Shown: positions 1-14,250, counted from the first letter of the stretch. The stretch: 64,000 bases of DNA from Octopus sinensis (GCF_006345805.1 NC_043023.1:18352001-18416000), one strand, 5' to 3'. Made by a program: numbers and translations. Notes: a model not told the origin generated them from the sequence alone.

Positions 1-7
1 AGAGGTG

Positions 8-168
8 TACGACGGGCTTCTTTTCAGTTTCCCTCTACCAAATCCACTCAGAAGGATTTGGTAGAACAGAGGCTATAGAAGAAGACATTTATCCAAGGTG
101 CCACACAGTGGGACTGAACCCGTCACAGTGTGATTGGGAAGCAAGCTTCTTACCACACAGCTACGCCT
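8..168 (-). mobile_element. tRNA-head SINE, 5' half (dominant SINE family of this window)
   Basis: Reverse complement matches the head found in about 12 other copies: A-box-like TGGCTGTGTGG, B-box-like GGTTCAGTCCC and the ggatttggtagacggaaactgaaagaagcccgtcg core. Confidence 0.85.
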
Positions 169-279
169 TCACCTGTAGTTTTCTATAACAATTTCTGCTA
201 AAACTAACAGATGTCACTGATTTTTCTCTTTAGTGAAACACATCACTTACTCTAGATTATATCTCCTATCAATATTTGC

Positions 280-2330
280 TTGACTCGTATAATAATCCTT
301 GGAACATTTTCACACCGGAATGGATGCATTCATCTTCCGGTAACAGGATCCTTTTTATTAGTCTTTTCTATGACAACTATAAAGGTTACTATAAAGGTTA
401 CGAGTTTGACTAATCCCACAAAATACTTGTCTGCGTTCAAAGTCCCATTCCAATCACCCACCAAAATTAAGGAGCGAGATATTCCCAACGGGCTCTACTG
501 TTTCGTTTCCTGTTGCTTATATCAAAGACCTACGGACCAGAACTAAGAAATCTTTTTCCAGGACGTTGTATGAGTCTTCTAAGATTCTTCTGTGTAAAAT
601 GTTTTTCAATCCTTCCACATTATGTTGGAAACTTTTCTTCGAAACACTGTACATTGTTGCTGGCGTTCCTACCAGAGCCTTTTCTTGTATATTTTTGGAA
701 ACGTTGAGAGCATCAAAAGCCTCATTTGTTAAACTTTTGCTTTTACCTGAGTTTGTAAACTTGATGAGATCAATGTTTTACTTTCGGAGAACTGTTCAGT
801 TGGGAGACTACTCTGTCAGGTGTTGCTCTAAATGTTACGTCCATTGTTATTGATGTGGGCGTCGGTTTGGTTGCTTTTGGCTTTGGTCCTTTTCTTTCCG
901 ATCCCGATGTAACTCGCGCTGTTGTTCGGAATGTCATTTCTTTTTTTCTTTTGTTGTTGCAGGATTGTCTCTTGTTTTTGAAGTTATTGTTGTGGGTGTT
1001 GTAATTGTTGTTCTATCGATTTATGAGACTAGGGACACTCGTACTTGGTGCTAACAAAGTTTGAGGGGTTAGTGGTCAAGACACTATTTTCACCATTCCT
1101 GACTACCCACTAGGGTGATTTGGTGTCTTCCAAAGCTACTTCAATATCCGAAGAGTAGCCTGGATTTGGATTTAATTTCTTCCGTATCGTTTACTGATGT
1201 TGTTCGTAGTGGTGGTTGTGATTGTGGAGGTAGTCACGGGACTTTCTTTCACGCCTTTCCTTGAGTGGAGGTTTGTTTTGTTGCTTCTGTGTTTATCGTT
1301 GTTGTGGTGGGTGCTGCTACCGTTCTCTTTCTAATTACAGTAGATTTTGCGTTGGAAGCAGCGATGCAGTGCGAGTCATTTCACCACTGTGACGTAGAAA
1401 GCTTTGGGCTGATCTATTTTGCCACATGTATAACATCTGGATTTCCTACCCTTGACGACCACCGGCATCTGCCAAACAATCTCCGATAGACAAAAAAGTT
1501 TGCTATGGAAACCACATCTTCTGGAACACTTAAAACTTGGAATTCCTTCTTTTTATTTTGATGGGGGGTTGATTTCATGCTCATTATTTCCCCGTGCTGG
1601 TCCCTATGAGGAGGTACGTTTGTGACCCTCACGTTCGTCACATAGCGTTCCATATAAAAGGGTAGCATAGCGAAGTAGGGTGCAGGTCATCGTATCCCTC
1701 CTACGCACATCCTTTGATATACACTACGGTATGCTACACATCTTCCAAATTTTTTTTTCTATTTCGGTTGAGGAAAGGAATTGTAGCATCGATTCTGCGC
1801 GATTGGTGCTCTTATAGATTCTTCTTATTTTCTCGATGCACATCATTCCCCCTTCTGGGAGTGACATGGCCCCAGGATGAATGATATTCTTCCTATACGT
1901 TTTTAATGACATCTACTTCCCCTTTAAGTAAAACGACGATCCGCCGCTTTGTAACTTTCGCGAAGAATATTTTTTTTCTTTATGGATATTCATCGTTATT
2001 GTTGTTGTTGTTGTTGCTGTTGCTGTTGCCCTTGTAGATTATGTTAGTGTTCTTATCATTCATTTTATTGTTGTTGTTGTTGTTGTTGTCTCAATTGTGG
2101 CGGCTGCTGTCGACGTTACAGTTGTAGTTATTGTTGTTGTTGCTAAAGCTATCAGCGCCATTGTTGGTAGCTTTATCGCTGCTGCTGATTACATTATTAT
2201 TGTTGCTGTTGTTGTTGTTGTCGTAGTTCATACTAATACTAGTGCTATTATTGTTACTGTTGTCGTCATCGTCGTCGTCGCTGATGTTGTTTACTGTTTT
2301 GTGTTTTATTGTTCGTAGTTTCTTTTCTGC
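280..2330 (-). mobile_element. Degenerate L1/Tx1-like LINE 5' part (ORF1 with decayed zinc knuckle plus start of APE endonuclease)
   Basis: Minus-strand peptide LILVGDWNGTLNADK resembles the APE GDFN motif (about 400-470). ORF1-like pieces at 1414-1912 include CRWSSRVGNPDVIH, a decayed CCHC-like knuckle. Many stops and frameshifts. Confidence 0.55.
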
Positions 2331-2859
2331 TTTCCATGGGAGTGGCAACCGACTCGTATGGCTGACTACTATGTCAGATCGTTTAACTACGACGTAAGAG
2401 GTGAGGCGAATACATTTCCTCCAAAAACTAATCCTCTATTTAAATTCGTGGAAAAAGAAGTTAATAGATGATCTGTATCGGGAAAAACCTCGGGACCAGC
2501 TGATGCCAGTTTCGTCATTAGAACTGGAACAATCTGCTTCAGTAGTAATCAATATAACAGAGGAAGACAGTACTTGAGACGGTTCACAATCACAAGACCT
2601 GTCCAGGGAAAGACCACCGATAGACTATATATACACGACTCATATATAATTATTTCCGTTGGATTCGACTTTCGGAAACATTGAACAACTAATGGTTTTT
2701 GCATACGCATACCGGCATTAATGTTTAAACTACACGAAATTTTACAATTTTAAAGTTTATTCTCTTAAAACTTTATATTTACATGTATGTGCACCTTGTT
2801 GACAAGCATTTCTTATTAGCTTTGACGTCAAAATTTTACAGTTTACAAAAAAAGACTAC

Positions 2860-3720
2860 GATGACGATGTCAACTGTGAAGATGACTACGATGAAGATGC
2901 TATTACAGCGACGAGAACGCAGATATTGATGACGATCATAACGAATATGATGAGGTGGAGGGGGATTGTGAGGATTATCATGATCAAGATGATGATCATT
3001 ATAATGATGAATATGAGCCATAAATTTTCCAGTGGAGTTGTTAAATGAACAAAATCCACGTGGTATTATACCTCATATTCTGGTGATGAACGTTTGGAGT
3101 ATTATAATGTGAGAACGAAACCTCAGACCCCTGAAGAGTTTACTAAATTGGACATGAGGAACAATTATAGAAGAGCGCAACGACCTTCTTTATACAACAG
3201 AAATATTTACTGGCAACAGTTAAGAAGAAAGTGTTTTCACTTCACGAATTTATTTGTCACATAGCGAGACAAATCTACATTTTCAACATAATCGCAGACA
3301 GTTCCCCTTGATACTATTCGTTGTTATTGTAAACGTAGTTTTCTCCCAGACTTACCAGATGCAAGTGAAACGAAAGAATGCTTCCTCACTATAAATGGCA
3401 TCAACTATTCTCCCAAACAATTATTTGTCTGAACTGAAGTCTTTTGATTCCCTACTCAACTTAAGTTCGGTCCTCCAAAATATCCGTTTGAACATTAGAA
3501 TAAAAATTAAGAACTGGCTCTGGTAAGCCTAATGTGGTACAACTAACACCATGCAATCACAATATCAAATCTATTCCCTGTATGAATTTTTAAAGGAAAT
3601 TTTAAAGTAGATTCGTTAAAAGTCTTCAATGAATGTACTTTCATTCAGCTGATACAGTTCTACAGGGTATTTAAGCGTGTGAACTGCATATAGCTATGCA
3701 TAGCCATAGTTGAGATGGGT
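2860..3720 (+). mobile_element. Possible CACTA/EnSpm-type transposase remnant
   Basis: Acidic low-complexity start, then frameshifted KFGPPKYPFEH..K..GSGKPNVVQL, reminiscent of the xFPFENxLGKIKKLxRSGxKPLxQ motif. Weak match by eye. Confidence 0.3.
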
Positions 3721-4109
3721 GAAACATCAATACCTGCAGATTCTTCTAGAAATCTCATTCACTTACCATCATAACTACGTAAAGTATATTTTTCTGCTGC
3801 TTTCGATAATGTTTCAAATACTTCAACATTTCGATTCCCAGTTGGTAAATCTTTAAAATTTAAAGCTCCTCGAATATATAATAGTAATGGAGGAAGATAA
3901 AATCTATCGGGCGGACATAATAAACTTGGATGGCCACAAGAAGGAGAACAACAACAACAACTAACAACAACACGACTGTGCGAAGTTAGCTTTAGTAAAT
4001 ATAGCCTCATATGCAGGTAACAATGATGAAATTTTATAAAGAGCCTCAAGTGTAACAGTAGGAGATAGGAAAACCAAAAGACCAAACGGGTAAAAAACCT
4101 TTAAAAAAA

Positions 4110-4850
4110 TGAAGCAAGATTATCTGACTGGCAAGAGAAGGCTTTGCACGGTAGATTTCCAAAGATAATCACAGAAGAAAATAATAATGAGATAGCTGTG
4201 GATTCACAAAGCAAGGCTGAAAAGGGAAACAAAACTGTTGCTAGTAATTGCACAAGGTCTGATATAGAGGACTATTTTGATAAAAGCCAGAGTAGAGGAA
4301 AATCTGGCAGATTAACAATGCAGGTTAAGTGAATCAAAGGGTGAAGTGCTACTCATGATAAGCTGGGTAGAATAATCGAGAGGAAGTTATGTAGATAGCT
4401 AGAAGTTGACCATACTGATAAGTGTTATAAATATGAATCTAGTAAAGTGCTAGAAAATAAGAAAAAAATATAAGACATGGTGGGATTTTATTATTCAGGC
4501 CGAGAGATTAATAGAAGCTACAAAGCCTTATTTAGAAGTAGTAGCCTAAGAGAAGGGAAAGTGTCAGGTAATTGACTTTACAATCCCAAATGATGAGATA
4601 ATCAATATGGAAACTATACAGAAAATAGCAAAGTACCAGGTTCTAGCCATTCAGTTACAGAGACTAGGAAGTGTGTGGATAAAATGTATCCCTGTAGCTA
4701 TAAGTGCATTACGAATTATCGCTAAGGGTTTCACAAAGAAATAGAAATACTAGGCATAAAACCTACTTTAGTGCAGCTCCAGGAAACCGTGTTATTAGGG
4801 GCAGCTAAGATACTTAGGAAGGTTTTTCGCATATAAGGTTACTTGCTGTA
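4110..4850 (+). mobile_element. 3' fragment of a restriction-like endonuclease (R4/Dong/NeSL-type) non-LTR retrotransposon
   Basis: WQEKALHGRF, then EKGKCQVIDFTIPNDEIINMETIQKIAKYQVLAIQLQRL, matching the RLE region (IxDxxxP...K..KY). Confidence 0.7.
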
Positions 4851-4929
4851 GCCCGATGTTAAGAACTTTTCATGTTCCAGTCCAATCTGTTGTGCGTAGA
4901 GGAATTAATAATTCTTTCTTCTAAATACA

Positions 4930-5060
4930 AATGGGCTGCTTTTATCCTAATTTTGGTGGTGAGGACTAAATGATTATATCGACCCCAGTGTTTTACTGGT
5001 ACATAATTTATCAACCCCGAAAGGATCAAATGTAAAATCGATTTCGCCGCCTTTAGAATA
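4930..5060 (+). mobile_element. Second SINE family fragment (atcgaccccag...ctggtac...aaccccgaaagg core); related pieces at about 5530-5650, 57990-58350 and 61410-61500
   Basis: Shared core motif across several loci, ending in (ATA)n. Confidence 0.6.
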
Positions 5061-5099
5061 ATAATAATATTATTAATAATAATAATAATAATAATAATG

Positions 5100-5133
<34 letters not shown>

Positions 5134-5268
5134 TGATGATGATAATAATAATAATTATAATAATAATAATGATGATAATAATATTAATAATAATAATGAT
5201 GATGATAATAATAATAATAATAATAATAATGATGATAATAATATTAATAATAATAATGATGATGATAA

Positions 5269-5316
<48 letters not shown>

Positions 5317-5320
5317 TAAT

Positions 5321-5359
<39 letters not shown>

Positions 5360-5364
5360 AATAC

Positions 5365-5412
<48 letters not shown>
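5058..5412. repeat. (ATA)n/(ATG)n microsatellite with a 60-bp higher-order duplication
   Basis: Direct inspection: 5161-5220 and 5221-5280 are nearly identical. Confidence 0.95.
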
Positions 5413-5415
<3 letters not shown>

Positions 5416-6921
5416 TAACTGGGTATCTTGGGCTTCGTATATTTTACATAGTTGATACTTATTTCATCGACTCCAAAATTATGAAAGGTGAAGCAATCTC
5501 GGCGGAATTATTAATAATAATCCTTTTTATTATAAGTAGAAGGCTTTAAATTTGAGGGAGGGGACTAGTCGATTACATTGACCCCGGTAACCAACTATTA
5601 CTTAATTTAACGGAGCCGAAAGGGTGAAAGACAAAGTCGACATCGTTGGAAGTAATAATAATAATAATGATAATGGTAATCCTTTGTACTAAATGTACAA
5701 AGCCTGAAATTTCGGGGCTGAGGATATATTAAACAATCAATCGTAATGCAAGGCATCTATTTTCATTGCTACATCAAAATTGTGACATATGAAAAGAACG
5801 GAGTGAGAAAAAATTAGACTTACCTGAGAAGAAAGGCAATATTCGGCTGGTCATTTAAAAAAAAATATTTACTCTGATGGTTTGCGTTCGCTACTTTTAA
5901 TAAAAATTAAGAAATGAAAGTAATGCATTGAAGTTATAGCACAGTCACCCAGGATCTAACTTCTGTTAGCCAATGAAATTGACGAATCATTTTTATGAGT
6001 CGTATACATTTTTAATTGCTTTTCTCCATCGATTTCACCTCTCACCACATCTCTTTTGACACGACGCCTTATATGCTTCTTTTCATGCATACATACAGAC
6101 ATACATACATGCATAAATATATATATATATATATACATATATATATTATATGCACACAGTACACACACACGCACACACACACACACACACACACATACAC
6201 ACATATATATATCCATGTATAAATATATGTATGTATGTATGACCATATATATATAGATCTACGTGCTGGGTATAACTCAAACTGCATCCAGTAGTGGGGT
6301 ATTTTGTTCGGGAGTTCCAGGGTTTGTGGAATCTGGAATCACCTTGTAGCCACTATCGTCCCCCGCGCCACTCTGATACGGAGTGTTAGCAAATGTCAAG
6401 GTCCAACTATAAGTTAACTAATATTAGTATTGACAATGTATCGGAGCGCGGAAATGCGGGAAATAACTTTGGTTGATGTCACGGCGTGCAGTAAAACCGC
6501 TAAAAAGACGGTTCCCTTGGTTGCATCAGAGGTGCCTACTGATGGAAAACCTGCTGTTTGACCTGATTAAAAGTCCTCTCTGTTCGGTCTCCCACTAGGT
6601 TCTAGTCACAGAGACTCAGAGTGGTACTGGTATTCTACAGGTGCCTCTCATTATAATCAAATGATGCACAGTTATCTCTTTAACATGACCACATTCGGCA
6701 TTTCATCTGCTGCAGTTCCTACGGTGATGGAAGAATGAACGCGCACGGTAGGCTACAACAACTTTCGTCTCTCAGCTACGCTTCAAAGAAGCCAGATCGG
6801 CAGAGAGACTAAATTTCAACTGAGAAATCATGAATGGAAACACGGAAATGCCATTCACAAACAGTAAGCAAAAGGTAACGGCAACCGTCTGCCAAGATGG
6901 AGCAATCATTTTATGTGTACG

Positions 6922-6998
<77 letters not shown>

Positions 6999-7167
6999 TT
7001 ATTTATATATATATATTTATATATATATATTTAAAATTTCATTAGTTTAAAGTTTATGAAAGCTCACCGTGTTTTGTCAGTTATAAATAGTCCATGTAAA
7101 TATATACCCTCGACGGAAAAAAGTTAGTGTTTGCCGTACAAATATATATATATACATAAATGCATAT

Positions 7168-7231
<64 letters not shown>

Positions 7232-7292
7232 ATATATATATATATTATATATATATATACATACATACATATAGATATATATATATACATAC

Positions 7293-7327
<35 letters not shown>

Positions 7328-8559
7328 TTATATATATATGTATATATATATATATACACATATATATAATTTGGGAGAGAGAGAGGGAGAGATATATAGA
7401 TACGTATATTTATGTTACCCTAGCAATATCACAAGAAGGCAGTTGTATTCGTCAATATATACTTATGCTTGTGCGTGGGTTCACGTCATTTTGTGTGTAT
7501 CTACCCATATATCTATCTATCTAACTAACTAACTATCTATCTGTCTATCCCTGTCCTTTCGCTAACCTCTGTAACAATCGCTACATCCTTTTACATGGAT
7601 AAGAGATCTAGTTTCAAATCCACCTAAAGTTTATATATATATAAAAGCCTGCTCGCTTAGCCAGCGGGGTGGCCTCATTTGGAGGCTAAAACAAAGCGAA
7701 GCGCATTGTGACCAGCGAAGTGTAGCAACATCTGATAGCCTGGTCGGTCACGTGATCACGTGATATATATATATATATATACGTGGAAAAGATTAGCATG
7801 GAAAACGTAAAAATGCATAGGAAATGCTGGAGAATTTGAAGAAAAGAAACGACATCCAGAAATAATCAGATTTAGAGACAGAGAGAGTGTGAGTATGTGT
7901 GGGGGGGGTGAGTGACTGAGTGAGTGGTGAGTGAGGGAGGGAGGGAGTGTCTGTGTGATTGTATATATATATACATGTGTGTGTGTGTGTAGGTGCATAA
8001 TGAAGCCACATATCAATGAGTGTTCATACATATTTATACAAAATACAAAAAGTATATATGTTAATATTTATTGTACATATCACTGACTTTAAGAATCCAG
8101 ACAAAAGAAAAAGGAAATGGAAAATGAGAGACTCTAAAATTTAAAAAGAAAAAAATAGAAAGTGAAGAGAAATACTATGAAACACTTATAAAGGAATACT
8201 GTGTTAAGGTCGCAAATCTATCCACGTGTTTGTGGCCTTACAGTCTCTTGCATGACTGACAATCTGACTAATCATAATGCTAGAAGAAGGCATACACACA
8301 CACTGGTAATTCTTGTAATACACATTGTACAGTATCATAACGTCAGGGTATGGGAACTCAATCGGATAAAGAATATAGAGCAGGAAGAATTGGCCAAAAG
8401 AATGAACTACCAACGAAAACTAATAGACACACGAGACAAAATAATTCAACTGATCATATCATTGCAAACTGTTCCAATCTTGTACAACACACTCGATTAA
8501 ATAAGCCAAACAACACATATAGGAATCGGACAAGTCGCTGCACATGGCGGAGAAATACT

Positions 8560-9050
8560 AGGAAAATCATCCTCTAACTGTTCTGTTTTATCTGAACACA
8601 CTGGAGAAATAGTGACAATAGGATCAACACCAAATTGGACCCCATAACATCATTCCCGATCAACACCCAAAAATGGGAGAGAGTCAAGAACACCTACACT
8701 CACCTCACAAGAAACCATATCTGAAGTTAAATTCAGAAAATGGAGAGGAGCAGAAGAATTGCCGCATTATACCCTGAAACAAAACATCTGAGTTCCCTGA
8801 CGACTCATCAAAAAAAGACAAAATATCTTTCGAAATCAGAAAGTGGAGAGCTCCAGTATCCCTCAAAATAGTTACGGGACGTGGGAGAGACGTATTTCTC
8901 ATACGTGACACAGAACATGTTGAAACAAAGGGCAAAAACTCATTCCGAACTATGTAATCTGAGGGTTTACAAACAAAACTCTCCGAAAAGGTAGGGTTAG
9001 GTGCGACAAATACAAAAGCATTTTCGGGACCTGTGAACTAAACCCCCATA
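8560..9050 (-). mobile_element. Ty3/Gypsy LTR-retrotransposon gag-protease remnant
   Basis: PVTILRDTGA aspartic-protease motif (ORF 8705-8935), followed by a VGVLDSLPFLGVD..GND-like segment. Confidence 0.7.
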
Positions 9051-9053
9051 CTT

Positions 9054-9138
<85 letters not shown>

Positions 9139-9145
9139 GTATATA

Positions 9146-9181
<36 letters not shown>

Positions 9182-9235
9182 CGTATATATATATGTATAC
9201 ATATATATGTAGATATATGTATATGTATGTATATA

Positions 9236-9276
<41 letters not shown>

Positions 9277-9302
9277 TTATATATATATATATATAAATAT
9301 AT

Positions 9303-10112
9303 ATATCAACAATTGAGGGTAAAATTAATTAATTAATCAATTTCACCAAGTGTTCAGTATGTAAAAGGACCATTTAAGGCGAATTCAAAATATTACATTA
9401 TATAATTAGGGCTTAGTAAATATCTGAGAGAAATTTTCTTTAAGTAGTGGAAATGCTAAGAAATTTTTTTTTGGCTGCTATTTCTACTAAGTTCAGTATG
9501 TGGCAAAGTAACTTATTTTACTAAGCCCTAATTATATAATGTAATATTTTGAATTCGCCTTAAATGGTACTTTTACATATTGAACACTTGGTGAAATTGA
9601 TTAATTAATTAATTTTACCCTCAATTGTTGATATTATAATTCATTTCTCTCGGTCATACTGCCTCGGTTCTCGCGGTTAAAGTATAATGTTTGCTAGATA
9701 GACCACGTGGGTGGAATGAGGAGTGCAGAGATTTACGCCTGCGCATTTTGAATTTGTTGACACTGTTAGTTGGAGTGGTTCATCTGAAGCGACAAGTACG
9801 CTGATAGGTAAAGTTCCTTCTTTTTAGTGTTTCCAAATCCAAATTAAGATATTTTGAGCTGACGAAAGAAATGCTGAGTTTATTTGGTTAATCTTGAAAC
9901 GTTGACGTACTCAAACGATCTATGTACTTGTGATATTTTTCTGTATTTACCTCCAAACCTTAGTGAGCTGTCTGAGTAAACATTATCTGAGAGAAATTTT
10001 GTTTAAGTAGTGGAAATGCTAAGAAAATTTTTTTTGGCTGCTATTTCTACTAAGTTCAGTATGTGGCAAAGTAATTTATTTTACTAAGCCCTAATTATAT
10101 AATGTAATATTT
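9303..10112 (+). mobile_element. Non-coding hammerhead-bearing element (retrozyme or non-autonomous Penelope-like), with a 563-bp direct-repeat period and an inverted 5' copy
   Basis: 9421-9549 is repeated at 9984-10112; 9303-9420 is the inverted copy of 9517-9634; hammerhead at 9853-9915; (TA)n on both flanks. Confidence 0.7.
9853..9915 (+). ncRNA. Type I hammerhead ribozyme with intact core
   Basis: Stem I TTTGAG/CTCAAA; core CTGACGA; stem II AAGA/TCTT; GAAA; stem III ACG-TTGA-CGT; GTA cleavage triplet (predicted cut after 9909). Confidence 0.85.
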
Positions 10113-10356
10113 AAATATATATATATATATGTGTGTGTATATGTATATATATATATATTATTTCACGGGTTATTTAAAGGATTAGGCACCATAATATGTG
10201 CTGTAACAGATTACTAAGGCTCCAAGGTTATAGCCGAGACGGCAGTTAAAGAGCCATTGCAGATTTCCGAGGCAGCGGATATATAATTGGTAAACAGGAC
10301 GTCAAACATCTCAAGTTATATAAATATTATATCATATTATATTATATTATATATAT

Positions 10357-10418
<62 letters not shown>

Positions 10419-10559
10419 CATGTATGTATAAATGTATTTGTGCACGTGTATATTCATTTAATTTCTCAGTCATTTGATTACTGGAATAACGCCTTAACGT
10501 GATTTAGAGTAACAAATCGACCCCAGAATTTATTGTTTGCCAGACTAGTATTCATTCTA

Positions 10560-10850
10560 TCACTTTCCCTTGTCAACCCGCTCCATTACAGGGACGTAAA
10601 CACACCAACATCAGTTGTCAAGTGAGAGTGTGGGGGACAAACACAGACACAAAGACACACATAAGTATATACATAGATATAAGACGGGTTTATTACAGTT
10701 ACTCTCTACTAAATACACTCACAAGGCTTTGGTCGACCCGAGGATATAGTAGAAGACACTTGCCCAAGATGTCATGCAGCGGAACTGAACCGGAATCTAT
10801 GTGTTTGGGAAGCAAGTTTCTTACCACACAACCACGTCTCCGTCTTCACA
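10560..10850 (-). mobile_element. tRNA-head SINE
   Basis: Same family as 8-168. Confidence 0.85.
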
Positions 10851-11629
10851 CAGCTTCGCCTCCGCGAGATATAAATATGAATATATGTGTTTGCTTAAGA
10901 GTGTGTGAATGCGTCTGTGTGTATGCAGTGGGGACCCAGGATCTTTTTAGTTTCCAAAAATTTACTATATTAGTTGGGAATCGCAATTTGTAACAAATTG
11001 ACACATTTTTATGTATTCCATGTTGTAAGAGACCAGAAACATAAAACAGTTATGCTCTGAAAAACCTTGGTCCCGGCCCTTTTTTTGGTGTCGGATGGGC
11101 TAGACAGGGTGTTACTCGGGCAACTAGGACAACATCCCTGCCTCAACCACTGGTATCTATGTAGACATGAAAGCTTGCTGCATTTATATGTGGATGGATG
11201 GATGTACGCATGTATGCAGGTAAGCTTGATGTATGTATGTGTGTATGTATGTATGTATGTAAGTATTATGAATGTGTATGCGTGTGTGATTTATTGAGTC
11301 ACCACTATACAAAAGGCAAACAATGGTAATTTCTAAGAGAGAGAAAGTTGTATGAAATATTTTAAGAGGATTGTTGACTATTTTAAGACCAAAGCTTTGT
11401 TGTTTACTACACTTGACTTAACATTTAGAGCATACTTAAACAACCTTCCACTGTCTTGTGTGTCACGACTACTACAATGTATCAGAATTATAATGCAATG
11501 ACAATGACGCAGTACTGCAATGTGGTGGTAAACAATCATCATCATCATCATCATCACCCTCAGCTTTCTGTTACATATACATATGTGTAAGTATATTATA
11601 CATACATGTGTATATGTGGGCGTATATAT

Positions 11630-12030
11630 CTTTTAATCTTCACTTGTTTCAGTCATTTGACTGCGGCCATGTTGCAGCACCACCTTTAGTCGAGCAAATC
11701 GACCCCGGGACTTATTCTTTGTAAGCCTAGTACTTATTCTATCGGTCTCTTTTGCAGAACCGCTAAGTAACGGGGACATAAACACACCAGCATCGGTTGT
11801 CAAGCAATGCTATGGGGACAAAAACAGACACACAAACACACACACGCATATATATATATATATATATATACATATATACGACAAGCTTCTTTCAGTTTCC
11901 GTCTACTAAATCCACTCACAAGGCTTTGGTCGGCCCAAGGCTATAGTAGAAGACACTTGCCCAAAGTGCCACACAGTGGGACTGAACCCGGAACCATGTG
12001 GTTGGTAAACAAGCTACTTACCACACAGCC
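11630..12030 (-). mobile_element. tRNA-head SINE, full length
   Basis: Head, central microsatellite and 3' gactaaaggcggtgctccagcatggccgcagtcaaatgactgaaacaag-type tail. Confidence 0.9.
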
Positions 12031-12229
12031 TATATATATCAATTCACTTGATCACTTGACCGACCAGTCCGTCAGGTGTACATTTGACATCGCTGGTCAC
12101 AGCACGCTGTCCACTCCTCTCTGGATCGCGCCTTTCTCATCCACGTGATCCCAATCGTCCTCCTGAAATCGTACCTCCACCGTCGTGGAGGTCTTCTGGT
12201 GGTCTTTTCCGCTCACGCGGGTCCACTGA

Positions 12230-12384
12230 TTAGATCTATCTATCTATATATATATATATTTATACATATATACATATAGTCATACATATAGATAAATAGA
12301 TAGATAGATAAGATAGATAGACAGATAGATAGACAGATAGATAGATAAGATACATAGGTAGAAAAGATAGGTATATATAAAGAT

Positions 12385-12415
<31 letters not shown>

Positions 12416-12461
12416 GGTATATATTCCGATAAATAGATAGATAGATAAATAGATAGATAGG

Positions 12462-12535
<74 letters not shown>
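12230..12535. repeat. (GATA)n/(TA)n microsatellite
   Basis: Direct inspection. Confidence 0.95.
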
Positions 12536-12759
12536 TGTTATATGTGTGTGTCCGTGTAATTATAATAAGGGCTTATAAATAAATTTCCTAGCTATATGCT
12601 GAGAAAAAGACGCTAAATAGCCTCATCACTGAAAGAAGTCAGAAACACATTTTGAATTCGATGCAACAAGCCAACGGATATTTTCGATAAGATGGTTCTG
12701 ACCAAATGCTCTCTCATCTGACCAAATGCTCTCTCATCTTCAGCGGGAACATACTATAG

Positions 12760-14250
12760 ATATAAATGAGATATTTATTAATGCACAAATGAAAGCGAAA
12801 CGCGAAGCCATAAATACACATAAATTCCCCATTCTGCTGCCAGTCTGCATAGACGCAGGCCATCAATTGTCCCTGCAAGTCCGGCATACTCCGATAAAAT
12901 TCATAGGGCAGATCATCCAGCCCCGGCGACTTGTCGAAATCTCTAAAGATTTGTCCACGTCCACTGTGGAACGAGCACTTCACCCAGTCTATATCGGTCT
13001 ACTAGGTTATAGTTTGCTAGTAACTTTTTTTAGACCAGAACATCCCCTTCTATCGGTCGAGCCAACACTATCCACCCCTGCTTCGAGAATAGCGTTAACG
13101 TCTCCTACTATATCTAGAGTTTTAGACGTCACCAGAAAGCTCTCCAGGTCTCGAAATAAAACAGATTGTCTACCCTCTTTCGGAGCATAGACCGCTACCG
13201 ACTTGAAGGACTGGTTACATGCTTGTCACATCCAGGACGACCAACCTAACTTCTCGTTCCAGAATATCTGTACTTACCTGTGTGTCCAAGCTTTTTCTGA
13301 ACAACACCACCAGGCCCCCGTCTCCCCGTCAACTAGGAGAAATAAATTTCTCATAGCCATTTAGAAGAGACGAGAACGTCTGTGGCCCGTTCTACTTCTA
13401 TTCAGTCGCAACACGTTTATCCGGTTATAGTGAACTGGAGTCGTTCAGGAATTAAGTTTGCTTCCATTTCGAACCCAGGCCACGAATATTTATACTACCT
13501 AACTTAATTTCCATGGTAAAAATATAAAAAACCACATATGTTAAGTATGGGGCGGGGCTGCACAAATTTTCCAGCCTCCCCTTCCTTTTCTTTCCGAGAT
13601 ATAGCCGCTGGGCTAAGAACAAATCTTTTGTTGGCCATCTTTTGGTTAACATCTTGTATGTCCTATGGGTATCTCTCTTTAGATTGTTTAAATATTTCTG
13701 CTACTATCCTTGCCAACCGTATATTCGGTGGCATACCATGTATCGGTATGGCCTTGATTCGATTATTTTGTTTGAGGCTTGAACCAGCATCTCGAGTGTT
13801 TGGCCTTTCTAGTTTAGAGCCTCTCCCTTTTACATTTGCGGTATTGATATTTCTTCTGTGTCGTAAATTACGGCCGATGCAATGCAGGTTACGTTATAAC
13901 CAGCCGGTTTTCTCCTCTATTGTTATTTTTGCAGTTGTTCTCCGGCCAAGGTAGGTCGGGAGCAACATTATCCCCTCATTCTTTAGCGTTTGAGTCGATA
14001 TTTCTTCTGCTAATTCAGCGTTTTCAAATTGCGCCTCAATAGTGGAGCTTCTTCGTCGTGGACCGACATAGGTATAGTTTTTCCCTATATAGCGGGGGGC
14101 GGGATCACTTCTCTACAACTTCGTTCTTCACTGACATTATTCTTTTTTTCTTTTCGGTTGTATGTTTTGTATACTACCGTTCTGGCAGTAAAATCTTTCA
14201 TCATGTCCTGTGGTGGCAGAAGTTTGGTTTCGTTGCTACATTTCTTTAAA
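12760..14250 (-). mobile_element. L1/Tx1-like LINE fragment (ORF1 end plus APE endonuclease, internally deleted)
   Basis: MEIKLGSINIRGL (APE start), AVYAP and IVGDVNAILE motifs, and KSPGLDDLPYEFYR (RT N-terminal region). Confidence 0.7.

Noticed and set aside
5097-5549. Poly-Ile/Met ORF and the many IYIYIY, CVCVCV, MYVCMY and poly-S/E/L ORFs throughout the window
   Set aside because: They are translations of microsatellites, with no splice or domain support.
12670-12750. Minus-strand CTGAAGATGAG...CTTATCGAAA hammerhead-like motif with a 20-bp internal duplication
   Set aside because: No valid NUH triplet with stem I pairing; at most a dead pLTR remnant.
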